Part shown: in pieces, positions 47,394 through 56,938 of the stretch
Layout: the number at the start of each line of letters is the position of its first letter
Numbering within the stretch: the first letter of the stretch is position 1
NCBI GenBank assembly: GCA_963749215.1
Contig: CAVVMA010000012.1
Span: 281,629-345,628 of the forward strand
Length of the DNA stretch: 64,000 nt
Source: an uncultured delta proteobacterium
GTDB lineage: Bacteria; Desulfobacterota; Binatia; Binatales; Binataceae
Direction of reading: 5' to 3'
Translations under genes and position numbers: made by a program
Notes under the pieces: generated by a model
What the model was told of the DNA's origin: nothing
Databases searched by the model: none
What the model saw: the letters and a program-made list of their open reading frames with translations, nothing else

Positions 47394-49334
47394 ATGTCCG
47401 ACGGAAACGGCAACGCTTTCGAGCGGGTAATCAAAGAAGACCGGGCGGCGCGCGAGTCCAAGCAATGGCGGGGCGCTCTGCTGGAGTATCTCGACCGCAT
47501 CAAGGCGGACCCGCTGGCGACCAAGCTTTCTCACGCGCGCATCTATGACCTGATCAGCTCGTCCGGCACCCGCGACATCCACGACAGCGACGATCCCCGC
47601 ACCAAGCGGCTGTATAAGGACGAGGCGCTCAAGGTCTACAACTTCTTCGCCGATGAGTTCTTCGGCATCGAGCGGACGATCGCGCAGATCGTACGTTACT
47701 TCCATTCGGCCTCGCTCAAGGGCGAGGAGAGCCGCCAGGTGCTCTACCTGATGGGTCCGGTCGGATCGGGCAAAAGCTCGCTGGTCGAGCGGTTGCAGCG
47801 CGGGCTTGAGCAATCGCATGCGGTGTATGCGATCGACGGATGCCCGATGCATGAGGAGCCGCTCCATCTGATCCCGCGCCATCTGCGGCGCGAGTTCGAA
47901 AAGATGCTCGGGGTACATATCGAAGGCGATCTTTGTCCGGTCTGCCGCTATCGCCTCAAAGAGGAGTTCGGCCAGCGTTACGAGGAGTTCCCGGTTGTCA
48001 GCCGCAACTTCTCCAAGCGCAACCGGACCGGAATCGGCGTAGTGCCGCCAGTCGATCCGAACAATCAGGACACCTCGGTGCTGATCGGGTCGGAGGATAT
48101 CTCGAAGCTCGATCAATATTCCGAAGGCGACCCGCGCGTGCTGGAGCTCAACGGCGCGCTCAACGTCGGTAATCGCGGCCTGGTCGAGTTTATCGAGGTG
48201 TTCAAGAACGAGACCGAGTATCTGCACGCGATGATCACCGCCACGCAGGAAAAGGTGATTCCGGCGCCGGGACGCCATGGGATGGTCTACGTCGACGTCT
48301 GCATCGTGGCCCATTCCAACGAAGCCGAATGGCAGAAGTTCAAGGCCGACCACACCAACGAGGCGATTCTCGACCGCATCGTGGTGGTCAAGGTCCCCTA
48401 CAACCTGCGGCTTTCGGAGGAGGTCAAGATTTACCAGAAGATCATCCGCCACTCCGACTTTCGCGCACACGTCGCGCCGCACACGCTGGAGCTGGCCTCG
48501 ATGTTCGCGATCCTGTCGCGCCTGGAGCCGACCTCGAAGTGCGACCTGATGACCAAGCTGCGGCTGTACAACGGCGAGGAAGTGGTCGAGAAGGGGCGCA
48601 CCAAGAAGATCGACGTGCAGGAGCTCAAGGAAGACGCCAAGCGCGAGGGCATGTCGGGCATCTCGACCCGCTTCATCATGAAGGCGCTCGACAACGCGCT
48701 TTCCGACAACGCCTCGGGCAACTGCATCAATCCGATCAACGTCCGCGAGGCGCTGATCTCGATGACCAAGGAGGCCGACCTGCCCGACGACACGCGCAAG
48801 CAGTATCTGGAGTTCCTGCAGGACACGCTCCACAAGGAGTACCTGGAGCTGCTCGAAAAAGAGATCACGCGCGCCTTCGTCTACTCGTACAAGGAGCAGG
48901 CCGAGTCGCTGTTCCAGAATTATCTCGACCACGCCGAGGCTTACGTCAACAAGACCAGGGTGCGCGATCGCAACACCAAGGAGGAGCTGCCGCCCGACGA
49001 GGGTTTCCTGAAGTCGATCGAAGAGCAGATCGCGATTATCGGCTCGGCGGCCGACGGCTTTCGCCAGGAGGTGATCGCCTATCTGTGGTCGGCGTCGCGC
49101 CGCGGCGAGAAGATCAGCTATCGCAGCTATGAGCCGCTCAAGGAGGCGATCGAGAAAAAGCTGATGACCTCGGTGCGCGACATCTCGCGGATAATCACCA
49201 AGGCCCGCACCCGCGACGAGGAGCAGGGCGAGAAGTACGGCGCGATGGTAAAAAACCTGCTCGAGAACGGCTACTGCGAATCATGCGTGGACGTGGTGCT
49301 AAAGTACGCCGCCAACAATCTGTGGAAGGATTAA
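47394..49334 (+). CDS. prkA: PrkA family serine protein kinase (AAA+-like)
   Basis: YLMGPVGSGKSSL and the characteristic PrkA body (LVEFIEVFKNETEYLHAMITATQEK). Confidence 0.9.
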   Translation: MSDGNGNAFERVIKEDRAARESKQWRGALLEYLDRIKADPLATKLSHARIYDLISSSGTRDIHDSDDPRTKRLYKDEALKVYNFFADEFFGIERTIAQIVRYFHSASLKGEESRQVLYLMGPVGSGKSSLVERLQRGLEQSHAVYAIDGCPMHEEPLHLIPRHLRREFEKMLGVHIEGDLCPVCRYRLKEEFGQRYEEFPVVSRNFSKRNRTGIGVVPPVDPNNQDTSVLIGSEDISKLDQYSEGDPRVLELNGALNVGNRGLVEFIEVFKNETEYLHAMITATQEKVIPAPGRHGMVYVDVCIVAHSNEAEWQKFKADHTNEAILDRIVVVKVPYNLRLSEEVKIYQKIIRHSDFRAHVAPHTLELASMFAILSRLEPTSKCDLMTKLRLYNGEEVVEKGRTKKIDVQELKEDAKREGMSGISTRFIMKALDNALSDNASGNCINPINVREALISMTKEADLPDDTRKQYLEFLQDTLHKEYLELLEKEITRAFVYSYKEQAESLFQNYLDHAEAYVNKTRVRDRNTKEELPPDEGFLKSIEEQIAIIGSAADGFRQEVIAYLWSASRRGEKISYRSYEPLKEAIEKKLMTSVRDISRIITKARTRDEEQGEKYGAMVKNLLENGYCESCVDVVLKYAANNLWKD

Positions 49335-49350
49335 GCGATCGCTCCTAACA

Positions 49351-49828
49351 CCTCTCCCTGACCAGGGAGAGGTCGCGCGAGCATCGCGAGCGCGGGTGAG
49401 GGTAGCCTGAGATCGAGGACGCAGTTACGGATGAAGTCGGAACTCACGATCGCGCTCGCCGATTGAGGCACGATCAGACCGAGGCGGAGGCAAAGTTGTG
49501 GTCGTGGCTGCGGAGCGGACAACTTGACGGATTCAGATTTCGCAGGCAGTTCCCAATCGGCAATTTCATCGTGGACTTCTGCTGCCGCGAGCGAAAGCTG
49601 ATCGTGGAAGTCGATGGCGGCCAGCATGACCTGGAGCGCGAAAAGGATCTGAAGAGAGAGGAACTATTGGCTGCGCGAGGTTATCGTATACTGCGATTTT
49701 GGAACGACGAGGTGCTGAACGCCACTGAAGGCGTTCTGGAGAGGATTCGCGAGGCGCTTTGAAGAATACCAGACTACCCTCACCCGTGCTCGCGATGCTC
49801 GCACGACCTCTCCCTGGTCAGGGAGAGG
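49351..49828 (+). mobile_element. DUF559 endonuclease gene bracketed by 55-bp inverted repeats (MITE-like / homing-like cassette)
   Basis: Arm 49351-49405 and arm 49774-49828 are reverse complements at 53 of 55 positions. Each arm contains a cctctccct-N3-agggagagg hairpin plus gggtgaggg. A third hairpin lies at 49855-49876. Confidence 0.55.
49463..49762 (+). CDS. DUF559 (Vsr-like fold) endonuclease domain protein
   Basis: TEAEAKLWSWLR...FRFRRQFPIGNFIVDFCC...KLIVEVDGGQH...RILRFWNDEV. TTG start; the N-terminus may be truncated. Confidence 0.8.
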   Translation: MRHDQTEAEAKLWSWLRSGQLDGFRFRRQFPIGNFIVDFCCRERKLIVEVDGGQHDLEREKDLKREELLAARGYRILRFWNDEVLNATEGVLERIREAL

Positions 49829-49952
49829 TGAAGAGCGGGCGTAGCGCTCGCCGGCCTCTCGCTAGTCAGGGAGAGGTAAAGAGCTTCGCGACTGCCAGAG
49901 GGCTATAGTCAGCTCTTAGGGCTATAATCCATTGGCGAATGGTGATGACCTG

Positions 49953-51161
49953 ATGTCCACCACTGAAACGATCTTTCGCGAATATCGCCCTTCTGATGCC
50001 GAGCGATCCGATCGATCCGCCGGCGACCGCTTGCGTCATCGGCAGAAAGTCCGCGAATCGATCCGCGAAAATATCGCCGACATCATCGCGGAAGAATCGA
50101 TCATCGGCAAAGACCGCGACCGTGTGATCAAGGTTCCGCTGCGCGGGATCAAGGAGTACCGCTTCGTCTTCGGCGAGAATACGCCCGGCGTCGGACAGGG
50201 CGACGGCAACGCACACCCCGGCCAGGTGGTCGGCAAGGTGGGCAAGGACGGCCCCGGCAAGGGCGATGACAAGGCCGGCGATCGCCCCGGCGTCGATTAC
50301 TACGAGACCGACGTCACGCTCGAGGAGCTGATCGAGATCATGTTCGAGGACCTCGAGCTGCCCAATCTCGAACGGCGGGCATTGCGCGAGATCGAGGCCG
50401 AGCGCTCGTCAAAACGCAAGGGCTATCGCCACGTCGGCATCCGCGTGCGCCTGGACAAGCGGCGCACCGCCAAGCAGCGCGTGATGCGCAAACTCGCCAG
50501 CGTCAAGGAGAGCCGCGCCGAGGCTCCCGATCCGGTGCAGGCCTGGGAACCGCGACGCTTCCCGTTCCATCAGGACGACCTGCGCTACCGGCACGTTGAA
50601 GTCGAGACCCGCGAGGAGTCCAACGCCGTCGTGATCTGTATCATGGACACTTCGGGCTCGATGGATACGATGAAGAAATATTTGTCGCGGAGCTTCTTCT
50701 TCCTGCTCTATCAGTTTATCTCGACCCGTTACCGCAACGTCGAGATCGTCTTCATCGCCCATCACACCGAGGCCAACGAGGTCACCGAGGAGGAATTCTT
50801 CCACAAGGGCGAGTCGGGCGGCACGTTCATCTCGTCGGGCTACCTCAAGGCGCTGGAGATAATCGCCGAGCGGTACCATCCGTCGCTCTGGAACCTGTAC
50901 GCTTTCCACTGCTCGGACGGCGACAATTTCGACTCCGACAATCCGGCCGCGCTCAAGGCCGCGCAGGAGTTGGCCGAGCTGAGCAACCTGTTTGGTTACG
51001 GCGAGATCAAGCCGCTGGGATCGCGCTACTACGAATCCTCGATGCTGAACGTGTTCCGCAAGCTCGAAGCCCCCAATTTTCACACCGTGTTGATCGAGCG
51101 CAAGGAAGACATCTGGCCGTCGTTCAAGGCCTTCCTGGCCAAGGATCGGATCAAGGAATGA
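49953..51161 (+). CDS. yeaH: YeaH/YhbH family protein (DUF444)
   Basis: HRQKVRESIRENIADIIAEESII...VIKVPLRGIKEYRF and the VWA-like VICIMDTSGSM. Confidence 0.85.
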   Translation: MSTTETIFREYRPSDAERSDRSAGDRLRHRQKVRESIRENIADIIAEESIIGKDRDRVIKVPLRGIKEYRFVFGENTPGVGQGDGNAHPGQVVGKVGKDGPGKGDDKAGDRPGVDYYETDVTLEELIEIMFEDLELPNLERRALREIEAERSSKRKGYRHVGIRVRLDKRRTAKQRVMRKLASVKESRAEAPDPVQAWEPRRFPFHQDDLRYRHVEVETREESNAVVICIMDTSGSMDTMKKYLSRSFFFLLYQFISTRYRNVEIVFIAHHTEANEVTEEEFFHKGESGGTFISSGYLKALEIIAERYHPSLWNLYAFHCSDGDNFDSDNPAALKAAQELAELSNLFGYGEIKPLGSRYYESSMLNVFRKLEAPNFHTVLIERKEDIWPSFKAFLAKDRIKE

Positions 51162-51188
51162 CGGGCGCCGTCCCGCTCTCTATCTCCG

Positions 51189-52619
51189 ATGGCGAACTAC
51201 GAGCTCAGTGAACTCGTCGAATGGGACGAAAAGATCCGCGCGAAAGCCGCGGAGTTCGGACTCGATTGCTATCCGCAGGAGTTCGAAATATGCGACCACA
51301 CCGGGATGCTCGGGTACATGGCGTACAGCGGGATGCCGTCGCATTATCCGCACTGGTCCTACGGCAAGTCCTACGAGAAGCTCAAGACCCTGTACGACCA
51401 CGGCGTCAGCGGGCTTCCGTACGAGATGGTGATCAATTCCAACCCCGCGATCGCCTACCTGATGCGCGACAACACGCTGCTGCTCCAGATTCTCACCATC
51501 GCGCATGTCTACGGGCATAACGATTTCTTCAAGAACAACTTCACCTACAAATCGACGCGCGCCGATCTGACCGTCGAGACCTTCAAGGCCCACGCGCTCA
51601 GGACCCGCCGCTATATCGAAGACCCGTCGATTGGAATCGAGAAAGTCGAGCGCGTAGTCGACGCCGCGCACGCGCTGTCATTGAACTGCCGGCGCAACCT
51701 GGCGATCAAGAAGCTCGATCGGCAAGCGCAGATCCAGCGCGCGATCGAGGCCGCGCAACCCAAGCCCGATCCCTTCCAGCGAATCCATCAGCGCCAGGAA
51801 TTCAAGGAGCCCGACGTTTTCAAGGTGCCGCTGGAGCCCGACGAAGACGTCCTGATTTTCATCCGCGACCACAATCCGTTTCTGGCCGAATGGGAAAAAG
51901 ATCTGCTCGCGATCGTGGACGAGGAATCGAAATACTTCCTGCCCATGATGGAAACCAAGATCATGAACGAGGGATGGGCGAGCTACTGGCACAAGCGGAT
52001 CGTCGAGTCGCTCGGCCTGGAGCAGGGCCTGCACCTGGAGTTCATCGTGCGGCACAACCAGGTGGTGCGGCCGATTCCGGGCCAGATCAACCCGTATCAC
52101 CTCGGACTCAGGATCTGGGAGGACATCCATCGCCGCCACACCAATCCCACCAGCGAGGAGTTGAAACGCGACGGGCCGCCCGCCAAGCCGGGCGACGAGA
52201 TAGTCTTCGAGGTCCGCGAAGTCGAACGCGACGCTTCCTTCATCCGCCGGTACCTGACCGAAGACTTGATGCGCGAGATGGACATCTTTCAGTACGAGGC
52301 GCGCGGCGAGGACCTGGTGATCGGCAAGGTCTCCGACGACGAAGGCTGGCGCGACGTGAAGGAGACCCTGATCAACGACGTCGGCGCCAACTCGATCCCG
52401 GTGGTCAAAGTCGAAGACGCCGACTTCGGCCAGAACCGCACGCTGTACCTCAAGCACAATCACGACGGGCGCGACCTGCATATGGAGTATGCCGAGAAAA
52501 CCCTCGCTTACATCCAGCGGCTATGGGGCCGCGAAGTGGTGCTCGAGACCACGCTCCAGGGCAAGCGCACGCTGCTATGCTACAACGATCGCGGCTTCTC
52601 GATGCGCTCGCTCAAGTAA
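51189..52619 (+). CDS. spoVR: SpoVR family protein
   Basis: YPQEFEI...YSGMPSHYPHWSYGK...AHVYGHNDFFKNN. Confidence 0.9.
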   Translation: MANYELSELVEWDEKIRAKAAEFGLDCYPQEFEICDHTGMLGYMAYSGMPSHYPHWSYGKSYEKLKTLYDHGVSGLPYEMVINSNPAIAYLMRDNTLLLQILTIAHVYGHNDFFKNNFTYKSTRADLTVETFKAHALRTRRYIEDPSIGIEKVERVVDAAHALSLNCRRNLAIKKLDRQAQIQRAIEAAQPKPDPFQRIHQRQEFKEPDVFKVPLEPDEDVLIFIRDHNPFLAEWEKDLLAIVDEESKYFLPMMETKIMNEGWASYWHKRIVESLGLEQGLHLEFIVRHNQVVRPIPGQINPYHLGLRIWEDIHRRHTNPTSEELKRDGPPAKPGDEIVFEVREVERDASFIRRYLTEDLMREMDIFQYEARGEDLVIGKVSDDEGWRDVKETLINDVGANSIPVVKVEDADFGQNRTLYLKHNHDGRDLHMEYAEKTLAYIQRLWGREVVLETTLQGKRTLLCYNDRGFSMRSLK

Positions 52620-52645
52620 GCGCGGCCGGCCAGCTATCGACGGAC

Positions 52646-52918
52646 ATGGCGACCGCCGCGAGAAAACCCTCCCCGAAGAAGATCTTCAGTTACACGGTTC
52701 TTTTCGAACCCGCTGAAGAGGGCGGCTATATCGTGACCTGCCCGGCGCTGCCGGGTCTGGTGACCGAAGGCGACACGCTGCGGCAAGCGCGCGCGATGGC
52801 CAGGGATGCTATCGCGCTTTATCTGGAGAGCCTGCGCGCCGACGGCATTCGAATCCCTGCGGACCGGCGTTACGCGAAGTACTCCTCCGCGCCGATCGTC
52901 GGGATCGCCAGGATGTAG
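52646..52918 (+). CDS. hicB: HicB-like (UPF0150) antitoxin-family protein, no HicA partner seen
   Basis: YTVLFEPAEEGGYIVTCPALPGLVTEGDTLRQARAMARDAIALYLESL. The 3' end overlaps the convergent protease gene by 49 nt. Confidence 0.7.
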   Translation: MATAARKPSPKKIFSYTVLFEPAEEGGYIVTCPALPGLVTEGDTLRQARAMARDAIALYLESLRADGIRIPADRRYAKYSSAPIVGIARM

Positions 52919-53829
52919 ACCTGGTTGTTGCGCATCACCGTGAAGCTGATTCGGTCGCCGGGGCGATGCTTCAGTAACGCGTCGTACAGCATCTTGCGCT
53001 CGCTGATATCGCGGCCGTCGGCTGCCAGCAGCACGTCGCCCTGCTTGAGTCCCGCCTTTTCGCCCGGCCCGCCGGGCATCAGGCCGGCGATCACGACGTG
53101 CTCGCGCAGCGTGTAGGAGAGCACGCCGAGCCAGGCCTTCGGCGCGGTGACTCGCCGGCCGTGCTGGACCAATTCGTCGCGCGCCTGCAGGAAGCATTCA
53201 GCGGGGATCGCCAGCACGGAGCGCCCGATGTCAACGAAGTTCAGGTACGAGGCCGCCACCATCTGGGCCTGCGTGTTGCAGATCGGGCCGCCGCTGGACG
53301 CGACGTTCATCGCCGAGGTCATCATGCACACCGACCGCTCCAATACGAATTCCCACACCGCGTCGTATGGCCCGAGGTAGCTCACGATTCCGGAGTCGGC
53401 ACATCGCTGGTCGGCGCCCGAGCTGGTGACGATGAAGACTTCCTGCCCGAGAGCGCATTGGGCGGAGGAGACCACGTCAAGGTGGGGCAGGTTGCGGCGG
53501 TCGATCTTGAGCAGCCCGATTCCGGTCCGATAATCCTGCGCGACGATCCGGGCCTGCATCTGCTCGCCGTTGGACAACGCGACGATCACGTTCTGCGCGC
53601 CCATCACGAGGTAGTAAACCGTCAGGATTAGCCCGTCAGGGCTGACGATCGCGCCGGTGCCGCGCCGGTCGGTGCCCAATCCGATGGCGGCGGAGACGTG
53701 ATCGGAGGGCACATAGGCATGTACGCCGACAGTCGCGGCGCATACCTTTTCCAGCACATGGACGCTCGCGTTCACGATACCCCTTAGCCGTTCTGAGCTT
53801 ACCCTAGGCACGCTCGGCCAAGGTTTCAA
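52870..53829 (-). CDS. Trypsin-like serine protease with C-terminal PDZ domain (S1C/HtrA-like)
   Basis: GTGAIVSPDGLILTVYYLV, SSGGPI, and the PDZ segment GLMPGGPGEKAGLKQGDVLLAADG. Confidence 0.75.
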   Translation of the reverse strand: MKPWPSVPRVSSERLRGIVNASVHVLEKVCAATVGVHAYVPSDHVSAAIGLGTDRRGTGAIVSPDGLILTVYYLVMGAQNVIVALSNGEQMQARIVAQDYRTGIGLLKIDRRNLPHLDVVSSAQCALGQEVFIVTSSGADQRCADSGIVSYLGPYDAVWEFVLERSVCMMTSAMNVASSGGPICNTQAQMVAASYLNFVDIGRSVLAIPAECFLQARDELVQHGRRVTAPKAWLGVLSYTLREHVVIAGLMPGGPGEKAGLKQGDVLLAADGRDISERKMLYDALLKHRPGDRISFTVMRNNQVYILAIPTIGAEEYFA

Positions 53830-53926
53830 GCATCAATTTGTGAATTCCCGAAATACCGCGGGCAAAGAAAAGGGACGGTCCGCGTGAGACCGTCCCTGCT
53901 TGGTAACTTTACCTGATTTGCGGGGA

Positions 53927-54343
53927 TTATTTGGCGGGAGCGTTCGACGGCGCGGGCGTCTCCGCGATCTCGTTCGCGCGCATCGTCAGGATCTGGACCG
54001 CCGAGCCCAAGTCGAGCTCGCTGTACTTGCGGTTGGAATACAGATCGTCGAGGCGCTTGATCACGTCGTTGGGCTTGAATTCCGAGACCGACAACTCGGA
54101 TCCCAGTTGCCGGATGATCTTCTTCGCGCCCTTCCAGTGGAACAACTCGGCCGCGACCGTGAGATTATCGAGTTTGCCGACGCTCACCTGCATCGCGTCA
54201 CTATAGCCGTTGACATAGCCGGACTTGCCCGCTGAATTGAGCTGGCCCCAGTAAAGGCCGTTATGCTCAGCCACGGTCGCGCCCACCGCGACGACCCAAC
54301 CCGCGAGCAACCCGACCATCACACCAGCGCTGAACTTTTTCAT
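53927..54343 (-). CDS. Hypothetical secreted protein
   Basis: 138 aa. Signal-like MKKFSAGVMVGLLAGWVVAVGA. No recognised domain. Confidence 0.5.
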   Translation of the reverse strand: MKKFSAGVMVGLLAGWVVAVGATVAEHNGLYWGQLNSAGKSGYVNGYSDAMQVSVGKLDNLTVAAELFHWKGAKKIIRQLGSELSVSEFKPNDVIKRLDDLYSNRKYSELDLGSAVQILTMRANEIAETPAPSNAPAK

Positions 54344-54532
54344 GATTATCCGAACTCCCCGTTTCCCTACCCGGCAAATACGTGTTTTAGCAGAAGCCGG
54401 TTACACAAAAAAGATGCCGGGGACCGGATTCGTCTAGAAACGTCCACAATGACGGCGGAGTCTCAGCGCGGGATTGAATCGCCGGGCGCGTCAATGCGAT
54501 CATCGCTCAATCGTTCCCTCTGCCGCCCTGCG

Positions 54533-55669
54533 ATGTCAATCTACGAGGAAGTTCTGGGCTTTATTTTGCAGCCCGACCCGGCTACGTTCGAGCCCCTCGC
54601 TCTACGCGTATTCCACCATCAGTATGACTCTATAGGCGCCTATCGCAACTACTGCCAGGAGCGCGGCTTGACGCCCAACGTGGTCCGTTCGATCGACGAT
54701 ATCCCGGCCGTCAGCACGGTCGCTTTCAAGTATGCGGAATTGGCCGTGGCGCCGGCTGAGCGGGTTTTTCTCACCAGTGGGACGACGATCGGTCCCTCGC
54801 AGCGGGGGCGGCATTTCATCCCGCGTCTGGAGGTCTACCGCGCGTCCGCGCTGGCCCATCTGGCGCAGATGCTCTTTCCGGATCGAATCAGGATTAGGAT
54901 GCTCGTGCTGCATCCCACTGCCGATCTTATGCCGGAGTCATCGTTGGCCCAGATGATGAGCTGGTGCGTCGAGGAGTTCGGCGACGGATGTACGCTGTGC
55001 GCTGCCGACCGCACGGGCGTCGACGTGGCGGGGGCGTGTTCGTTCCTCAACGAATCGTCCCGCGCGGGTGAGCCGGTATGCATCCTGAGCACCACCGCGG
55101 CTCTCGCCCTGGTGCTCGCCACGATTGCCGCAGCCGACGCTCCGATTCGTCTGGCCGCCGGCTCGCGAGTGATGGATACCGGTGGCGCCAAGGGGCAGGT
55201 GAAGCCGCTCGAGGCAGTAGATCTGATCGCGCGCGCCGAACGATGGCTCGGCATTCCCGCGGCCCTGGTTATCAACGAATATGGGATGACCGAGATGTGT
55301 TCGCAGCTCTACGACTCGACCGCCCTCAATCGTCGCATCGAGACCGGTCAATCTGCGCGGCGCAGGCGCGCTGGGCGTCCCAAGCTGGGGCCCGGATGGC
55401 TGCGGGCCGCCGCAGTCGATCCGGTGACCCTCAAAGGCGTCCCCGACGGCGATGCGGGGCTGCTTTCGTTCTTCGATCTCGCCAATGTCGGATCGGTGTC
55501 CGCTTTGATCACGGAAGACTTCGGCATCATCGACGGGCGCGAGGTTTTCGTGCTGGGCCGGTCCAACGATGAGGCCCACGGATGCGCGCTCGGCGTCGAG
55601 GAATTCGCCGCGATCGAAAACCGGCGGCCGGTCGGCCGGTCGCAGCGCGAGATCGCACTGGATGACTAG
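54533..55669 (+). CDS. LuxE-like acyl-protein synthetase / acyl-adenylating enzyme
   Basis: FEPLALRVFHHQYDSIGAYRNYC...IPAVSTVAFKY...FLTSGTT...NEYGMTE. Start set at the ATG giving MSIYEEVLGF. Confidence 0.7.
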   Translation: MSIYEEVLGFILQPDPATFEPLALRVFHHQYDSIGAYRNYCQERGLTPNVVRSIDDIPAVSTVAFKYAELAVAPAERVFLTSGTTIGPSQRGRHFIPRLEVYRASALAHLAQMLFPDRIRIRMLVLHPTADLMPESSLAQMMSWCVEEFGDGCTLCAADRTGVDVAGACSFLNESSRAGEPVCILSTTAALALVLATIAAADAPIRLAAGSRVMDTGGAKGQVKPLEAVDLIARAERWLGIPAALVINEYGMTEMCSQLYDSTALNRRIETGQSARRRRAGRPKLGPGWLRAAAVDPVTLKGVPDGDAGLLSFFDLANVGSVSALITEDFGIIDGREVFVLGRSNDEAHGCALGVEEFAAIENRRPVGRSQREIALDD

Positions 55670-56923
55670 CCTCGACCCCATACTGAGCACCGACGCTTCG
55701 GGCGGACCCGTTCCGGCCGGCTCGACCCTCGCGTCAGTGGCGGCGCGGCTCCGCGAAAGCCTTCGCCAGACGATCCCGCGGGATCGAATTGCCGCTGCGC
55801 TCGCGATGACGTGCGAGCGATGGCGTGAGCCGAAGCTTCGAGGCCCGCCGCGAGACCCTGTCGATGGCGGCGCGCGCGTGGGGGTTTTCGCCCGCCCTCC
55901 TTGATGAATCGCTCGACGCGCTGCTGAAGCCGTTTCATCCCGCGGCTTTCGATAAGCTGGCCGCGAAGCTCGCCGAAAACCCCGCGACCGACTCGCCGCT
56001 GCTCGGCTTCATCATGCCGGGCAACGTGATCGGAGCCGGACTGCACGAGGTCTGCCAGGCTTTGCTCGGCGGCGCGGCGCTCGTGCTCAAGACCTCCAGC
56101 GATGAGCGGCGCTTTTTCGCGGCGTGGGTCCGAACGCTGCGCGATATCGATCCGCAAGCCGAGCTCGCGTATCGCGGTCCTGAACTGGAGCCGCGCTGAT
56201 ATCGGTCCCACCGCCGCGATGAAAAGAGCCTGCGATCGGGTGGTCGCGTTCGGCGCTGACGAATCGATCGCGGCGCTCGGTGTCGACGCCGACATTATCG
56301 CGTTCGGCAGCCGCGCAAGCGGCGCGCTGGTCGCGCCGGATCGCGACCAGAGCGCGACGGCGGACGCGATCGCCCGCGATATCGGCCTGTTCGAGCAGCG
56401 CGGATGCTTGTCGCCGCATCATGTGTTCGTAGACGATTCGTTTGGCGGCCGTGCGCGCGATTTCGCCGCCGAACTGGCCGCTTCGCTCGATCGCTTCGGC
56501 GGCCGGTTTTCGCCGCCGGCCGATCTGTCCCTGCGCGATGCAGCGGCGATCCGCAGCGCCCGCGAGAACGCGCGATGGCGGCGGCTTGGCGGGGGCTATG
56601 ACGTTGCGATGTGGGAGGGCGAGGGTCTGGGGTGGACGGTGATCTACGACGGCGCCGCCGATTTTCACTCCTCACCCGGCTATCGCACGGTTTGTGTTTC
56701 GCCGTTTCGCAATCTCGATGACCTTCGCGGCCGTCTCGAGCCTGCGGCCGGCCGACTCGAAGCATTCGCGATCGCAGATTCTTCCGGCCGGCTCGCCGAC
56801 GCCCGCGCGCATCTGGAAACGATCGGCGTGTCGTACCTCGCCGCGCCGGGCGAGATGCAATCGCCGCCGCTGGACTGGCGCCACGGCAGCGGCGCGTTGC
56901 TCGATCTCTTCACCGCTCGATGA
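55662..56923 (+). CDS. LuxC-like acyl-CoA/acyl-protein reductase, split across three frames
   Basis: Three pieces: 55662-55904, 55825-56199 (LLGFIMPGNVIGAGLHEVCQALLGGAALVLKTSS) and 56102-56923 (FGADESI...FEQRGCLSPHHVFV). Each successive piece is in the +1 frame. ATG overlaps the luxE-like stop. Confidence 0.65.
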
Positions 56924-56938
56924 GCGCTCCGCCGGAAC

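Noticed and set aside
47170-47394. Possible sigma54 (-24 GG / -12 GC) promoter upstream of prkA, for example around tggcaacacgcactgt at about 47203-47218.
   Set aside because: The -12 element does not match TTGC/TGC at the required spacing. Only a weak sigma70-like candidate (47247-47276) is retained, at low confidence.
47388-48932. A 514-aa antisense ORF lies opposite prkA. Similar long antisense or alternate-frame ORFs occur at 679-1470, 5174-6199, 20104-21372, 22733-23821, 32767-34083, 34230-35684, 37349-39253, 46064-47176 and 56920-58446.
   Set aside because: All overlap genes with strong family signatures in another frame. They have low-complexity Arg/Gly/Asp/His-rich composition. I read them as GC-driven absence of stop codons, not genes.
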